From: Histomonas meleagridis 2922-C6/04-290x
Lineage: Eukaryota > Protista > Parabasalia
DNA: 57,031 bases
Direction: 5' to 3'
Assembly (NCBI GenBank): GCA_020184695.1
Contig: JAANOX010000122.1
Span: 1 to 57,031 of the forward strand
Each line of letters opens with the position of its first letter. Within the stretch, counting starts at the first letter, position 1. Positions 44,174 through 55,641 of this stretch are shown here, one piece after another. The translations under genes were made by a program, and so were the position numbers. Under the pieces are notes generated by a model, which had not been told where the DNA came from, did no database searches, and saw nothing but the letters and a program-made list of their open reading frames with translations.

Positions 44174-44628
44174 AAAGATCCTGCTTTAAATCAAAAGCAG
44201 ATTGATGAGTTTTGTCTTTATGTTGACTATTAACGATTACATTATCTAATAATGTACGATTAATTTCATCATTATATGACTCATAGATATATGACGCATA
44301 CCATCGTCCAAATTTACATTTCAATGGAAATAAGTCTATTTCTAAATAATGAACATTTTGATTTATAGGTGGTTTCTTATTTTTCAGTAATTGGAATTGA
44401 TATTAGTATTGGATTGTCAAAGAATTCTATTATTTCTCTTTGAATAAAATAAAAATCGGAAGAATTACTATGTTTTATTATCATCCCAATTGGATTGATA
44501 ATAAAATTGTTGTAATTTCCCATTTTATTATATTTAGGATCAAAGAATATTGCAACATCAATAGCAGAAAGATCCTTATTTTTGATATTGTCTGCAATTT
44601 GAGCAATGGAAAAAATATTCGCATACAT
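44160..44628 (-). pseudogene. ORF X (frameshifted)
   Basis: IADNIKNKDLSAIDVAIFFDPK...ISIPITEK/KPPINQNVHYLEIDL...FGRWY. Confidence 0.6.
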
Positions 44629-44760
44629 GAAGAAAAAATGAAGTGATAATTATAACAGTTATTTATTATTTAGAATAAAGAAAAGTGGCATAAAAGTGCT
44701 ATCGTTTCTATCAAAAAGTTTCGTGTTCTATCAAAATTTAATGCGCATTCAAATTATTAA

Positions 44761-44975
44761 ACAAATTGTATGGCTCACAAAAATCATTTTGAATTTTGTT
44801 GCGAGCGGAGCGAGCACACTCGGGGGATTGTAGGAATCGGAGGCCTACGGGTCCGAAGGGCACCTCCGGAGGCCGAAGACCCCTCCAATCCCACCAGTGA
44901 AAACTTAAGGTCGGGAATGATCACGAGGACCCGGTGGCGGGTCCCCTAAAGTCCTCGTGATCAGTCCCGACCGCA
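44761..44975. other. Conserved junction plus GC-rich multi-hairpin cassette
   Basis: gcgagcggagcgagc; branched stem gggattg...caatccc enclosing ggagg/cctcc, ccgaagg and ggccgaagacc; 22-bp inverted repeat 44909..44930 / 44951..44972 (1 mismatch). Confidence 0.8.
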
Positions 44976-47038
44976 TTATATACCTACCGTTGAATGAATT
45001 GTTTTATCATTTATTAAACTTGCTGCAATACCTGTAGAAGCACATACAACATATGGGATTTTATTGACTTTCAACAAATTTATTATGTAGTTGATAAAAG
45101 AACTTTTTCCTGTCCCCGCTTTTCTTTTTATGAATGCAGTTAATTGTTGTCCGGCTAATAATCTATTCTTAACTTGATTGAATATATAACGCTGTCCATC
45201 GTTAAATTTTCTCTCGAAATTTGCTAAATTAATGTTTGATTTATTGATTTCTTGATTATTAAATGAATAACATATATATTTATTTATCTGAAAATTAGAG
45301 GGACAATTAGATATATCGATTATTACATCTGTATTTATAATATTTATTGATCTAATATAATTTAATACTTGATCAATTTCGATTTGATTTTCATTATTTA
45401 CCTTATTTTTTAAAGCATTGAGAAGAGGAAACATATCATAATTCATTGAAAATATATTTGTAATAAAATCTTGTGTATTATATCTTGTAGAATTTAGCAT
45501 ATAAATAATCAAATTTTTATAATATTGAAATATATGATCTTCTTCTGGAATTGAAACACCATGATATTCCATTGATTGTTGCCAACTTTCTTAATGTGAT
45601 TTAATTTCTTCGTCTGATCTCCAGCAACCTGCAAGGACAGTTTTAAGATAGCAGAAATCATTAATATTTAATGTAACTGTGAAACGTTCAGTTAATATTA
45701 TTTAAGGCTTGCCCCTTTTCATAATTTTAAGAGCTTTAGCATTCTCTAAATCATCAGCAGGATATAAAAAATCTGAATCAATTAAAACCAATGGATTCAA
45801 ATTATATTCTTCCCATTTTGATCCGACAGCAAGAGTATTACTCGGTCGTTCTGGTGAATTTGGCTTATTTAAAATAATTGCTGCTTGTTCAGGACTATTT
45901 TCTGCATTAATTTTATAAAAGAAGCTATTTTAGTTATTATAGCATCATATAAGAAAAGAATCATTGTACATTGTAATCTACCACATATAATAAAATTCTG
46001 AGAACCGAAAAGAACAGCAGCTTTTTGGCGAATTGTTTTACCGGGAATAGTTGACATATTGCCAAAAGGGAATATCAAAGGAAAACACATTAAAAGAGCC
46101 TTTTCTATATCATAAATTATTTCACTTTTCCCTTCGGAATTTGGCAATGTAATTGGTATTTTTGTATAATCAATTTCATTGCTATTTTGATTTTCGCTAA
46201 TGGGTATCTCAGCAATACCAATAACATCATTGTTTGGTGCAAAAGCTGGATCGATTTTTGTTCTGTAGAAATTGACATCCAGTGGAGCAATTTTTGAATA
46301 TAACGAGTTATTATTTTTCAGCCAATTTAAAATAGAATTCAGTTTCTACATGTCAGGCTTTTTATGGCTGTTTAATAGGGAATTCAAGTTTAAATACCCT
46401 GTACCACTTTTTCTCGAACTTAGAGAAAATGTTCAATGAAGGTGAGGTGAATCAATACCAATTTTTTCAATTTGAACATTACCATATAAAAAACGATTGA
46501 TAAATTGCTATTAATAAGAAATCGTTGATCACCATCAAGTGATTTGAATATTTCCGGAATATTATCATACATATCTTCCATTTTACGATTGAATATTTCA
46601 ATATCCTGCATAATATGTATAGAACTATTCGACATAAAATAATTTTTATAATCTAATTCATAATTTTTGTCATCATCTAATATTGGTGGTAAAGAATAAC
46701 TTGAATATTTTTTTAGTAGATTTAAAAAGTCGAAATGATGAGGTTTTAACGGCTTAAAGTGTTCAATGTAAAGAGAATTCAAACGTGTATCATTGTCAAT
46801 ACAATATTTTAGTAAAACGTAAATTTGAGGGGTTCGAATTAACGGTGGCAGATTTTGCTAATGAAATAAGTCTATTAATTCTTGTTGGAAGATTAAACTT
46901 TAAAAGTTGAGTACGGAATGAAGAAACAGAATAACACAAAGAAGAAGAAAGAGAAGAAAGAGTAGGCTTTATTGTCTTGTTGGTCAAATGATCGAAAATG
47001 AATCTGTTTATGGCTAAGAATTCATTGTAGAATTCCAT
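44976..47038 (-). pseudogene. Helitron-type RepHel remnant (N-terminal region plus truncated PIF1 helicase; no Rep motifs seen)
   Basis: WLKNNNSLY, CFPLIFPFG, FCYLKTVL, FNDGQRYIF, RKAGTGKS, CASTGIAASLINDKTIHS. Confidence 0.8.
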
Positions 47039-47219
47039 TTAGAGAAGTGAAGTGATTATGAGGTTTTTCTGTGAGCATAGAATTTTTAACTCAAATATGA
47101 TTATCCGACCATTGAGATGTCGAAGTTAAATTTAGGAAGAATTGATAATAATAATTAGGGGGTAAAAAAACATGATAAAAGTCATTCATATAACATTAAA
47201 ATAAGACATGAGGTAAGCT

Positions 47220-47290
47220 GGTTGTCAAAATTTACTTAGAAATTTTCGACCGCAAGCGGCCGGAAATTTTATAAGTAAATCATAACAACC
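47220..47290. repeat. Imperfect 71-bp hairpin upstream of the Helitron remnant
   Basis: ggttgt..atttactta..aaattttcgaccgc-aa-gcggccggaaatttt..taagtaaat..acaacc. Confidence 0.65.
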
Positions 47291-47569
47291 CAGTGCGAAC
47301 CGAATGTATTTAATTTCAAGTAATTTTAATTTTTCTGATATAAGCTAACTAAGTTAGTGCAAACTTTTTTTTAAATAAAAATAATATATAGAATCTGATA
47401 CTTTGATTGCTAGGTATCTTATCTTTATTTCAAAAAGTTCGCCACTATTATATCGTATGTAAAGTATTCAATCAACATGTTGTAAAGTCAAAGTTATTCA
47501 TGTAACAATGAACGGTTAATACGTTATTCCATTTTTATGTTGCAAAATCAGCTCAGATGTGCAATTTTT

Positions 47570-48110
47570 CTGGAAATGCTGCAAACAGAAGCCGTAGAAC
47601 CACAAAATATTCTCTACATTATCTGCAATTCTACTCGAGGAAGACTTCTAAAAAGTCAAAACGTTCAGAGAACAAGTTCAGATTGTGTGCACGATTTTGA
47701 GATTCTATGTTGGCCAGAACCGAGTATCATATGAAGAAATTGGTGAGTTTTTTGGTCGTTCTGGTGCTTCGATTTACTAACGATATAAAAAACTTGAAAA
47801 TTATGCGCTACCAAATGGGAGACCACCAATTCTCAATACCGAAGCGACTGAATTTCTGAAAAGCATCATTCATAATAACTATAATCAAAGTGTCAAATGA
47901 GATACTCTTCGGCACATTTGTAGATCCATTGATGGAGTCAAAAGGGTTAGAGGTATTCTCATATGGAAGCCAACGCGTTGAAGCATTTAGTGAAGAAATA
48001 GGGAAATATTATGATCAGCTCTCATCAGTCATTGGTGATATTCCTCGATCATTTATCTTTAATGTTGATGAGACAGTATGATGGGGTTGGACGGATGCGC
48101 CAAAATTTTA
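47570..48110 (+). pseudogene. pogo/DDE_1 transposase remnant
   Basis: EEDF*KVKTFREQV...EEIGEFFG...NGRPPIL and FIFNVDET, parallel to the 21.6-kb element. Confidence 0.65.
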
Positions 48111-50679
48111 TAATGGAAACAGCATCAAAGTTCCAGTAGACAGAAATATGCTTACAAGTAGGCAATCTAACCAAATTGTAATGATGCTTGGAGCATGGTA
48201 TCAAGCAACAGCTCCGCATTTTGTTATTTCAGCAATCATAGCATCAGGTGTGAAACCATATCTGCAAAATGGAGGAATATTTTGAAAGGTAGATCTTGGT
48301 AATGTAACAAAAATAAAATCTTTTACTCTAAATCAAAGAAATATGAATCTCATCAATGAGCATCCAAGAATGAATATGATTGCTAAATAAACAAACATTT
48401 TAAAATCTCTTTTATTTATTTATAAAAAATTAAATTGCCATATAAGAACCCCTACAAAGTTTGCTTTATGGATAAAAATCATAGTATCAATATCTCGAAC
48501 CCGATACCTCTAGTACCTAATTCACATTGATATAACAGTTGAATCATAAACACTCTCGAGAAATTTTTTTCGCACTATAATATTTTCTTTCAATATTACC
48601 CCCTTTTAACTGTCATTACCTGTTTTATTTCGCCACTCTAGGTATTTATTTTGAACGCTTTATCAAAGGTTAGAGCTACTCAACCACCAGGATACCCACA
48701 AATTGAGATTACTAATGCATCAGTAGAGCAGGTAATTGCATCACAAGAATAAGAATGAGTTAATTATTTTTCATTTATTCTTTCGCTTCAGGAATAGTCA
48801 TTTCATTATTACTTACAGCATATATCATTATATATCTTATTTTATTAATACCGTTCATAGGAGATTCTATTTTAATACATTGATCACGGTGAATATCTTA
48901 TAAAGAATTTAAATCTAATTTTTGAGCTTTTTTAATGGTAATTGATCTAGCAACATTAATATATTTATATATCACTAAATCATAAATATAAAAAAAGATA
49001 TGTTCTATATAAAATAATTGTTTTATAGTACATACTTTTTTTAACTTCATTAGATTATATACTTCATATATTGATTTAACACTTATTATTTTATTACTAA
49101 TAAAATGTCAGTTATTAAAAGTAGTGTATTATCTATCTCAACAGAATAATAATGTTAATGTCGTTGTAAATCCTTATGAAGTCAGATATTTTAATTACGA
49201 AAATCAATTGCCAAACGAATCTACTGTAGAAAAGAGTAGTAGTAGAGAAACAGCTAATAAATTAAATAATGTTGTAAAAGCAATTTTTATGATTATGTTG
49301 ATAAAATATATGTTACAAAGAATGGTGAGACATTAAACTTAAAATATAGTTATAGTGATGTAGTAAAATTATTTATGCAAAGAAAGATTAGTTTAAAGTT
49401 TGTTAAATCAGGAGGAATTACTTATAAATGATTAATATTATATTTGATTTGGGAAATCGCTTATTTATACGAGCTTTTTGAATGTCTTTTTTCCGATTGT
49501 TTACACCACTTTTTGTGCCTTTTTAAAGTTAACTGAATATTATACGAACTTTTTTTGACATTTAAATGGTTTACAGAGCTAAAAATGAGCAGCGTTCAGA
49601 TTACAAACAAACTTTGTCGTGCGTGTGTGCTTAATCGCATTAGAGAAAATATGCGGTTTTAGTAGAAGAATCATATTGGAATCTAACGCAAGCATTGCAA
49701 TTATATATTGATCTTTTATATCTACAGCATATATTTGTAAGTCTCGTGAAGGTCCAGTTGATAGGGTGGCATATCTAAGATTGAACTGATATGATTGATC
49801 TCTTACTCTTACTGTGAGTGAGCGAATATCATGGAAAATACCAATACTCAAAGTTTTAAAAGCTTGAATAAGCTCATTTGTGAAATAAGTTGCTTCTATT
49901 AATGGCTATCCAAGAGCATGTTTAGACCGTTTATGAAAAGAAGCTCGTATAAATTTCAAATTAAGATAAACCAATAGATTTCCATGATAAAAATAATATT
50001 ACAAAGTATAGAGACTCATTCTCCATTAGGGCTCTCTTTGGGGGAGGGGGGATTAAATTTTATAAAATAAAAAAAAAAAAAAAAAAATTAATAGCTCATT
50101 GAGTGAACAAACTTTGTTATTCTCCGAAAGAATTTTCTTTAATTTTTTTGATAACTCAAAATGTATTACTCTCTACTAATTTGAGGGTTTAAAATTTTGT
50201 GTGAAATTAATATATTTTCTGGGATAAAAGTAAAAATACATTATTACAAAACGACCGTTTATTGCTTGCTAATGTGCATAGTCAAAAAGAAAAAAATTAA
50301 TATCGAAAAAACCGATAGAAAAAAAAATGTTTTCACAACTGACTAAACTTCAAATTAAATTAATTGAAAAAATGTCAAAAACACATGCAAATAAATTTAA
50401 CTACGTACGATAAAAATTGAATTAAAATTACAAATGTCACAATACAATTAAAATTTGTAAATATGTCAGTTATCGTTAAAAATGATACGTTTAGATTATT
50501 TGAAATATACATATCATGAATTGCTAATGGTGTATTTAATTCATCAGTAAAAAATTCAATCCAATATTGATATAACATAATTATTTTATTTTTATCATTG
50601 TTTGTAAAATTTTCAAAGAAATTTATAAAAAAAATTGCATTCGATTAAACCATAGAAATAGCATTGAATATTAGTTTTA

Positions 50680-51930
50680 AATGATCTGGGATATTTTTAG
50701 AACCCATTTATTTAAATCATTACTTTCTAAATATTCTTGATCATTTTTGAATTAATTTTTAATTTCATAATTTTCAATGTTAATTACATAAATCATTTCA
50801 TCATGACCTTCTAATAATTCTGGATTAAATTCTTTAATACTATCTGAATAATGATCATGAATTGTATTGGGTAATATTTTTGTGATATATCCTCACCTTT
50901 TTCAAAATAATAAATTAAAAAATCTAATTCGAATATTACTTCTAGTTGTATTTTGTTCTCATCAGGTAGAGATTCTTCAAATGTTTTTTCATTTAAAGTA
51001 GAACCAATATAAACTGTATTTTCATAAGCATCTTGTAATTCATTAATATAATTTTCGTCTGTATATATTACTTGTTTTCGGTTGTATGTTATAATATTAT
51101 ATTTGATGTTTGACGTTTCTTCTGTTTTTACCTTATCTATTTTAACATTTTTTCTTTGCTTCTTTTTTGGAAATGTTCATCTATACGTTTGTATTTCTCA
51201 TTTATTATTTTATTATATAAACCAATAGTTTTTGGTGTGGGGATTATAGTTAATTTAAAATAAACTTCAGGAAAATCTTTTCTTAATATTCCTTTACGAT
51301 TTTCTGCTAGATTTAATAAATCTGGCCATCGTTATCATTACAATAAATAACTTCATTAGCTAAAAATATTAATGTTGAATACCGGTTCAAGAGATCTGAA
51401 AATATCTGTTTAGAAGGTTCCTCTATAAAATGCATACCTTTATCAGTATAATAACGACACCATTCTATTAAAATATTACATAAATATAGTTGATCTCGTA
51501 ATTTAAATTGATCATAATAATTTATGACAATTTTATAATTGCAATTTTATAATCTTCTCCCATTGAGTTAATAATATTATAAATATAAGTAGGATAATAA
51601 TTTTTTTTTACAAGGTTTAATATTAATTTCTGTTGAAATAATTTGTGATTATAGTTCGTTATAAATTGATTTAAATTAATTTGGTAATTTAATATTAATA
51701 TATCACGAATATTACTTTGTGGATGATAAATACGATTATCTATGAGGTTCAAAATATCGGAATAATAAGTATTCTTGAAAACAAAATTAAATTCTTTTTC
51801 GAATAATATATTAGAAAGTTGTATGTCATATAAATTATTTGGATGTTTCATATCATTATAAATTGAATTATAATATATTTCTTCTTCTATAATTTTTGAA
51901 TTTGTTAATTTTTGACATGTTTTATTTTTG
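50680..51930 (-). pseudogene. Degraded long unknown ORF downstream of a capsid gene
   Basis: Consecutive open segments in shifting frames (KHPNNLY..., LIEWCRYYTDKGMHF..., RKGILRKDFPEVY..., LEVIFELDFLIYY...); no family recognised. Confidence 0.3.
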
Positions 51931-52132
51931 GGTTCGATTTGTAGACAGTCTACATTTATAAAATGAAGTGAAATAATAACTGTTTAACATTATATCAAAT
52001 TATTCTGTGAAAAATGTTTAAGTCAATATTTGATAATATTTTAAGGATTAAATTATATCGAATAAGTTTGCCATTGAGGGTATAGTCAAAATTAAATAAT
52101 ATTTTATGAATATAATTTCAAATAATTTTTAT

Positions 52133-53250
52133 TTAATAACCGTCTGGGGTACCATTGGCATGGTATATCAAACCATTGTGTAAATCTAATGTGAAATAAG
52201 TATCACGACAAATGAATAATTGTGGAGGAGGTGGATGATTTCCAGCATCATCAACATCATAATATGTATTATTAGCTTGTGTATAAATAGGTTGACCTTT
52301 AATTTGTATTGGTATATTTTGACCATTAGAATCTAAACCATCAAATACGTAACCACCACGTGAACGTTCACATTGTATATTAAGCATAAATGAGGTAGCA
52401 TCACTTAATGTATTATTATATCTTGTACCATTTGAAGCATTTCTATCCATAGTTAAAGAATCTTCAAATTCTTTAGTACATTGTATACCACCATCTAAAT
52501 CAGAAGCAACTAATTGATATTGTAAAAATCTTGCACCTAAAGTAGAAATAGGTTCATCAGGATAATTTTGACCTGCAATAGTTAATTGTACATTATTATA
52601 AATAGGATTATCAAAACAAGTATAATCATTAGCATGTTTTGGAAATACAACTGTAATAGTTGTAACATTAAATAAAGGCATATTAATAGTAGATTGTATA
52701 CCAGATTCAGTAGCAGCTAAAGCAAATAGTAAATAAAGGTAAATTATTAAATGTAGCATTAATAGAAGAATCTTCTAAAAATTCTTTAACTTCTTTAATT
52801 TTACGTGGATCTACTGGACACCAAACGAAACTATTTTGTATAACATAAGATTTTGTTGATAACCAGTAGATATTTTATTAGACATAATTTGTAATTGATC
52901 TAATAATTGATTAGAACTCTTAAAACCTATAAATATTTTAGCTAAATTTTCAGGATCTTGTAAATTACCAGATGAAATAGCTTTTGATAATTGTATAGTT
53001 ATTCTAATTTTAAAATTAATAAAACCTTCAGTTATTTGTGAAACCATATGATCACCATGTGTAATTCTTAATCTAGTTTCTTGTGATTGATTAAAAGGTG
53101 CATTTTGATCATGACAATCTTCAGTTCTTAAAATAATAGAACGAGTACCATCATTTTTAGCAATTAAATCTTTAAGACGATCAAAATAAGCTCCCACATT
53201 ACCTTGATCATCTCTTTTTCATTTTTAGATTGCGTATTATTATAATACAT
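52133..53250 (-). pseudogene. Putative major capsid protein with internal deletions
   Basis: The N-terminus (MYYNN...DRLKDLIAKNDG) and the C-terminal 182 aa are present; the middle is deleted in two places. Confidence 0.75.
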
Positions 53251-53284
53251 TAATAAAAATGAAAAATATTTTTCATAATTTTTA

Positions 53285-53369
53285 ATGGCGTGGGGTTTGT
53301 GGAATAAATTTAAATCAGGTATAAAGAAAATAGGACCTCTACTTAGAAAAGTGAAAGAAGGTCTCGCAA
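53285..53369 (+). pseudogene. pVI-like paralog a, 5' fragment
   Basis: MAWGLWNKFKSGIKKIGPLLRKVKEGL. Confidence 0.7.
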
Positions 53370-53729
53370 ATGATGTTATTTAATCGTGATATCAGAAATA
53401 GTTGAAAAAACAGTATTCGAAGATGTCAAATGTTTAAAAGCAAAATCTCTTGCATCTTATAAATTTTTGAGGGATTCTGAAATGAGAAATTCAAAAATGG
53501 AAGATATTAAAATTAAAAATGATGGAATTTCCTGATTAATTTCTCGATCATGATACGATCCTTTAGTGAAGAAAACTCAATGGTTCATTTATGAAAAATG
53601 AACAATCACGCAATCCATACTTCTGATTTAATTTACTACCTTCAATGAAAAAATTTGATGATAAATATGTACTTTTCAATTAGATAGAATTATCAAACCA
53701 TACAAAAATAATTTTTAATTTTTTATTAT

Positions 53730-54500
53730 TCAGTTTTAGACAGTTTTCGAAAGAGAAACGACGGTTGGACGGAAACTAAAGCTTTAAAACTATCGGGATA
53801 GATAGAATTCATATCAAATACTGATATGAATTCATGATTATCAGGTATTTTATGTGATATAAGTATATTATTAACTTCATCATTCTTTGATTTATAGAGA
53901 AATGTTTGATACCATCTTCCGAAATTATATTATAATTGAATTAAATAAATCTCTAAATAATGAATATTATTAGTAAGTGGTGGCTTTTTGTTATCAGTTA
54001 TTGGTATTGATACTTTGATAATTTTTTGATTGAAGAATTCAATCAACTCTCTATGTACAAAATAAAAATCTTGAAAATTTCTATGTTTGATAATCATTTC
54101 TATTGATTTGAGTATAAAATTGTCAAAATTCCCTAATTTGTCAATCCTTGTGTCCCAAAAATAAAGCTACTGCTGTAGCATCTGGATCTTTCTCTTTGAG
54201 AAAATCCTCAAGAATTGTGACAGAATAGAAGTCTGTATTAATAGAGAGTGAAGTAATGAAGTGACATTTTGGAATTGAGAATACTGACCAATGGTTTATA
54301 TTAATATGTTTGCCATTCGATCAAACAATAACCGTCGCTTTTTGACTAATTAACCTACGATGAAATATGATATAGAAACAATTTGTGCTGGTCATGAGAG
54401 TTTTTTGATAAATTCATATGAAAAGTGGCATAAAAGTGCTATCGTCGCTTTCGAAAAGTTTCTCGTTCATTCAATTTTGAATGTGTATTCAATTTTCAAC
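53730..54500 (-). pseudogene. ORF X (third copy) plus conserved upstream segment
   Basis: PKCHFITSLSINTDFYSV...KDPDATAVALF, VSIPITDNKKPP...HYLEIYL...FGRWY; aaaagtggcataaaagtgctatcgt at 54421 as at 44683 and (reverse) near 33300. Confidence 0.6.
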
Positions 54501-54544
54501 AATAATTTTCTACAGTATAATTTATTTTACATTTATCTGTTGTT

Positions 54545-55169
54545 GATATTTGATTAATTCTTGTGTATAATTCATTGTTACGTAATAATAATTTTCTTCA
54601 CGGAAATGTTACGAACAATTTCTTTATTTCGAATCCTTCTACATTTATTTCATTAAAAATAAGTAAATTTTGAAGACAAGTAGTAATGTAATGTCCTTCA
54701 AAATTAATAATTTTTCTACCTGTTTGAATGATATTATTGTTGATGATTGGTATTATTTGTATAATTCCATCACCAAATTCAATACTTGTCCCTGTTGTAG
54801 CGCCATTTGCATAAAGTGATTCTAATTGTTGGTATTGGATACAAAAAAAATTTCGATAATTTTTTCTTTATCTTATACTTCATTTGAATATTGACTTAAT
54901 GATATATTTAAATTGTTATAAATTTCATTCCAAATTTTCTCCATATCATTCCAATCGATTATTGTACCTCTTTCAATTGGATTTGATAAATTTAAAGAAT
55001 TTAAATTTTCATTGAATATATTATTTCCAATATAAATTTCGTTGAAATTTGATTTTGATCTTCCTATAATTGTTCTAATAATTCATTCTGGTATTGTAGA
55101 CCCAGCATAACATGCTTTGCATGAGAAAGTTCAATTGTCAATAACAAGAGGTAAAATCTCTTCAGACAT
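54545..55169 (-). pseudogene. Actin-like/ARP pseudogene (N-terminal half)
   Basis: PLVIDN*T...KACYAG...IIGRS...YIG...PIERGTIIDWNDMEKIW...LYANGATTGTSIEFGDG...EIVRNI. Confidence 0.75.
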
Positions 55170-55641
55170 TAATAAAATGAAGTAATATATCTAGATCAAA
55201 ATTCTTATTCAAATTAACCATATGGTTAATCTATATTGAATTGCTCCATATGTAGTTAACTCCATATGATTTAATATTTTTGAAATTTGCCATAAGTTCA
55301 GGTTTACCATAATGAAACGAGAAACCAATTAACGTTTCCTTAGATCAATTTTTTTAGACAAGCTTGCTTTTTTTGAATGTTTCTTGACTTTTTGAATATC
55401 CCTGTTGCGAATTTAGTTCCAACACCTTTTCATAAATTGACTATCTTCGTCAGGGTTAGTGTCTTTCATCAATTCTTTTTTCGACATTTTATAACAACTT
55501 TACCACAACGAAAATGAACTGTAATAAGGTATTATTATGAGGTTTATAAAATCGAATGAATGAGAAATGATCGGATTTATATTAAAATTTGAATAATTTC
55601 AATGAGTGGGGTGTAATATCGTTCTTGATAATTGTAAAGTA

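Larger units (their letters stand above)
40343..44975 (-). mobile_element. Endogenous Polinton-like virus fragment: MCP <> three pVI-like genes > hairpin, Y >< X, conserved segment, GC hairpin cassette
   Basis: Same order as 33195..35982, inverted, with one extra paralog. Confidence 0.8.

Noticed and set aside
22890-44975. Protein-primed DNA polymerase B or adenain protease of a canonical Maverick
   Set aside because: No DxxSLYP/YxDTDS or H-D/E-Q-C protease pattern was recognised in any ORF or broken frame; absence is only established for this window.
48300-50600. Short ORFs (49124..49336, 49579..49851, 50375..50578) and the G/A homopolymer tract near 50040-50090
   Set aside because: No recognisable motifs or second copies in the window; low complexity.
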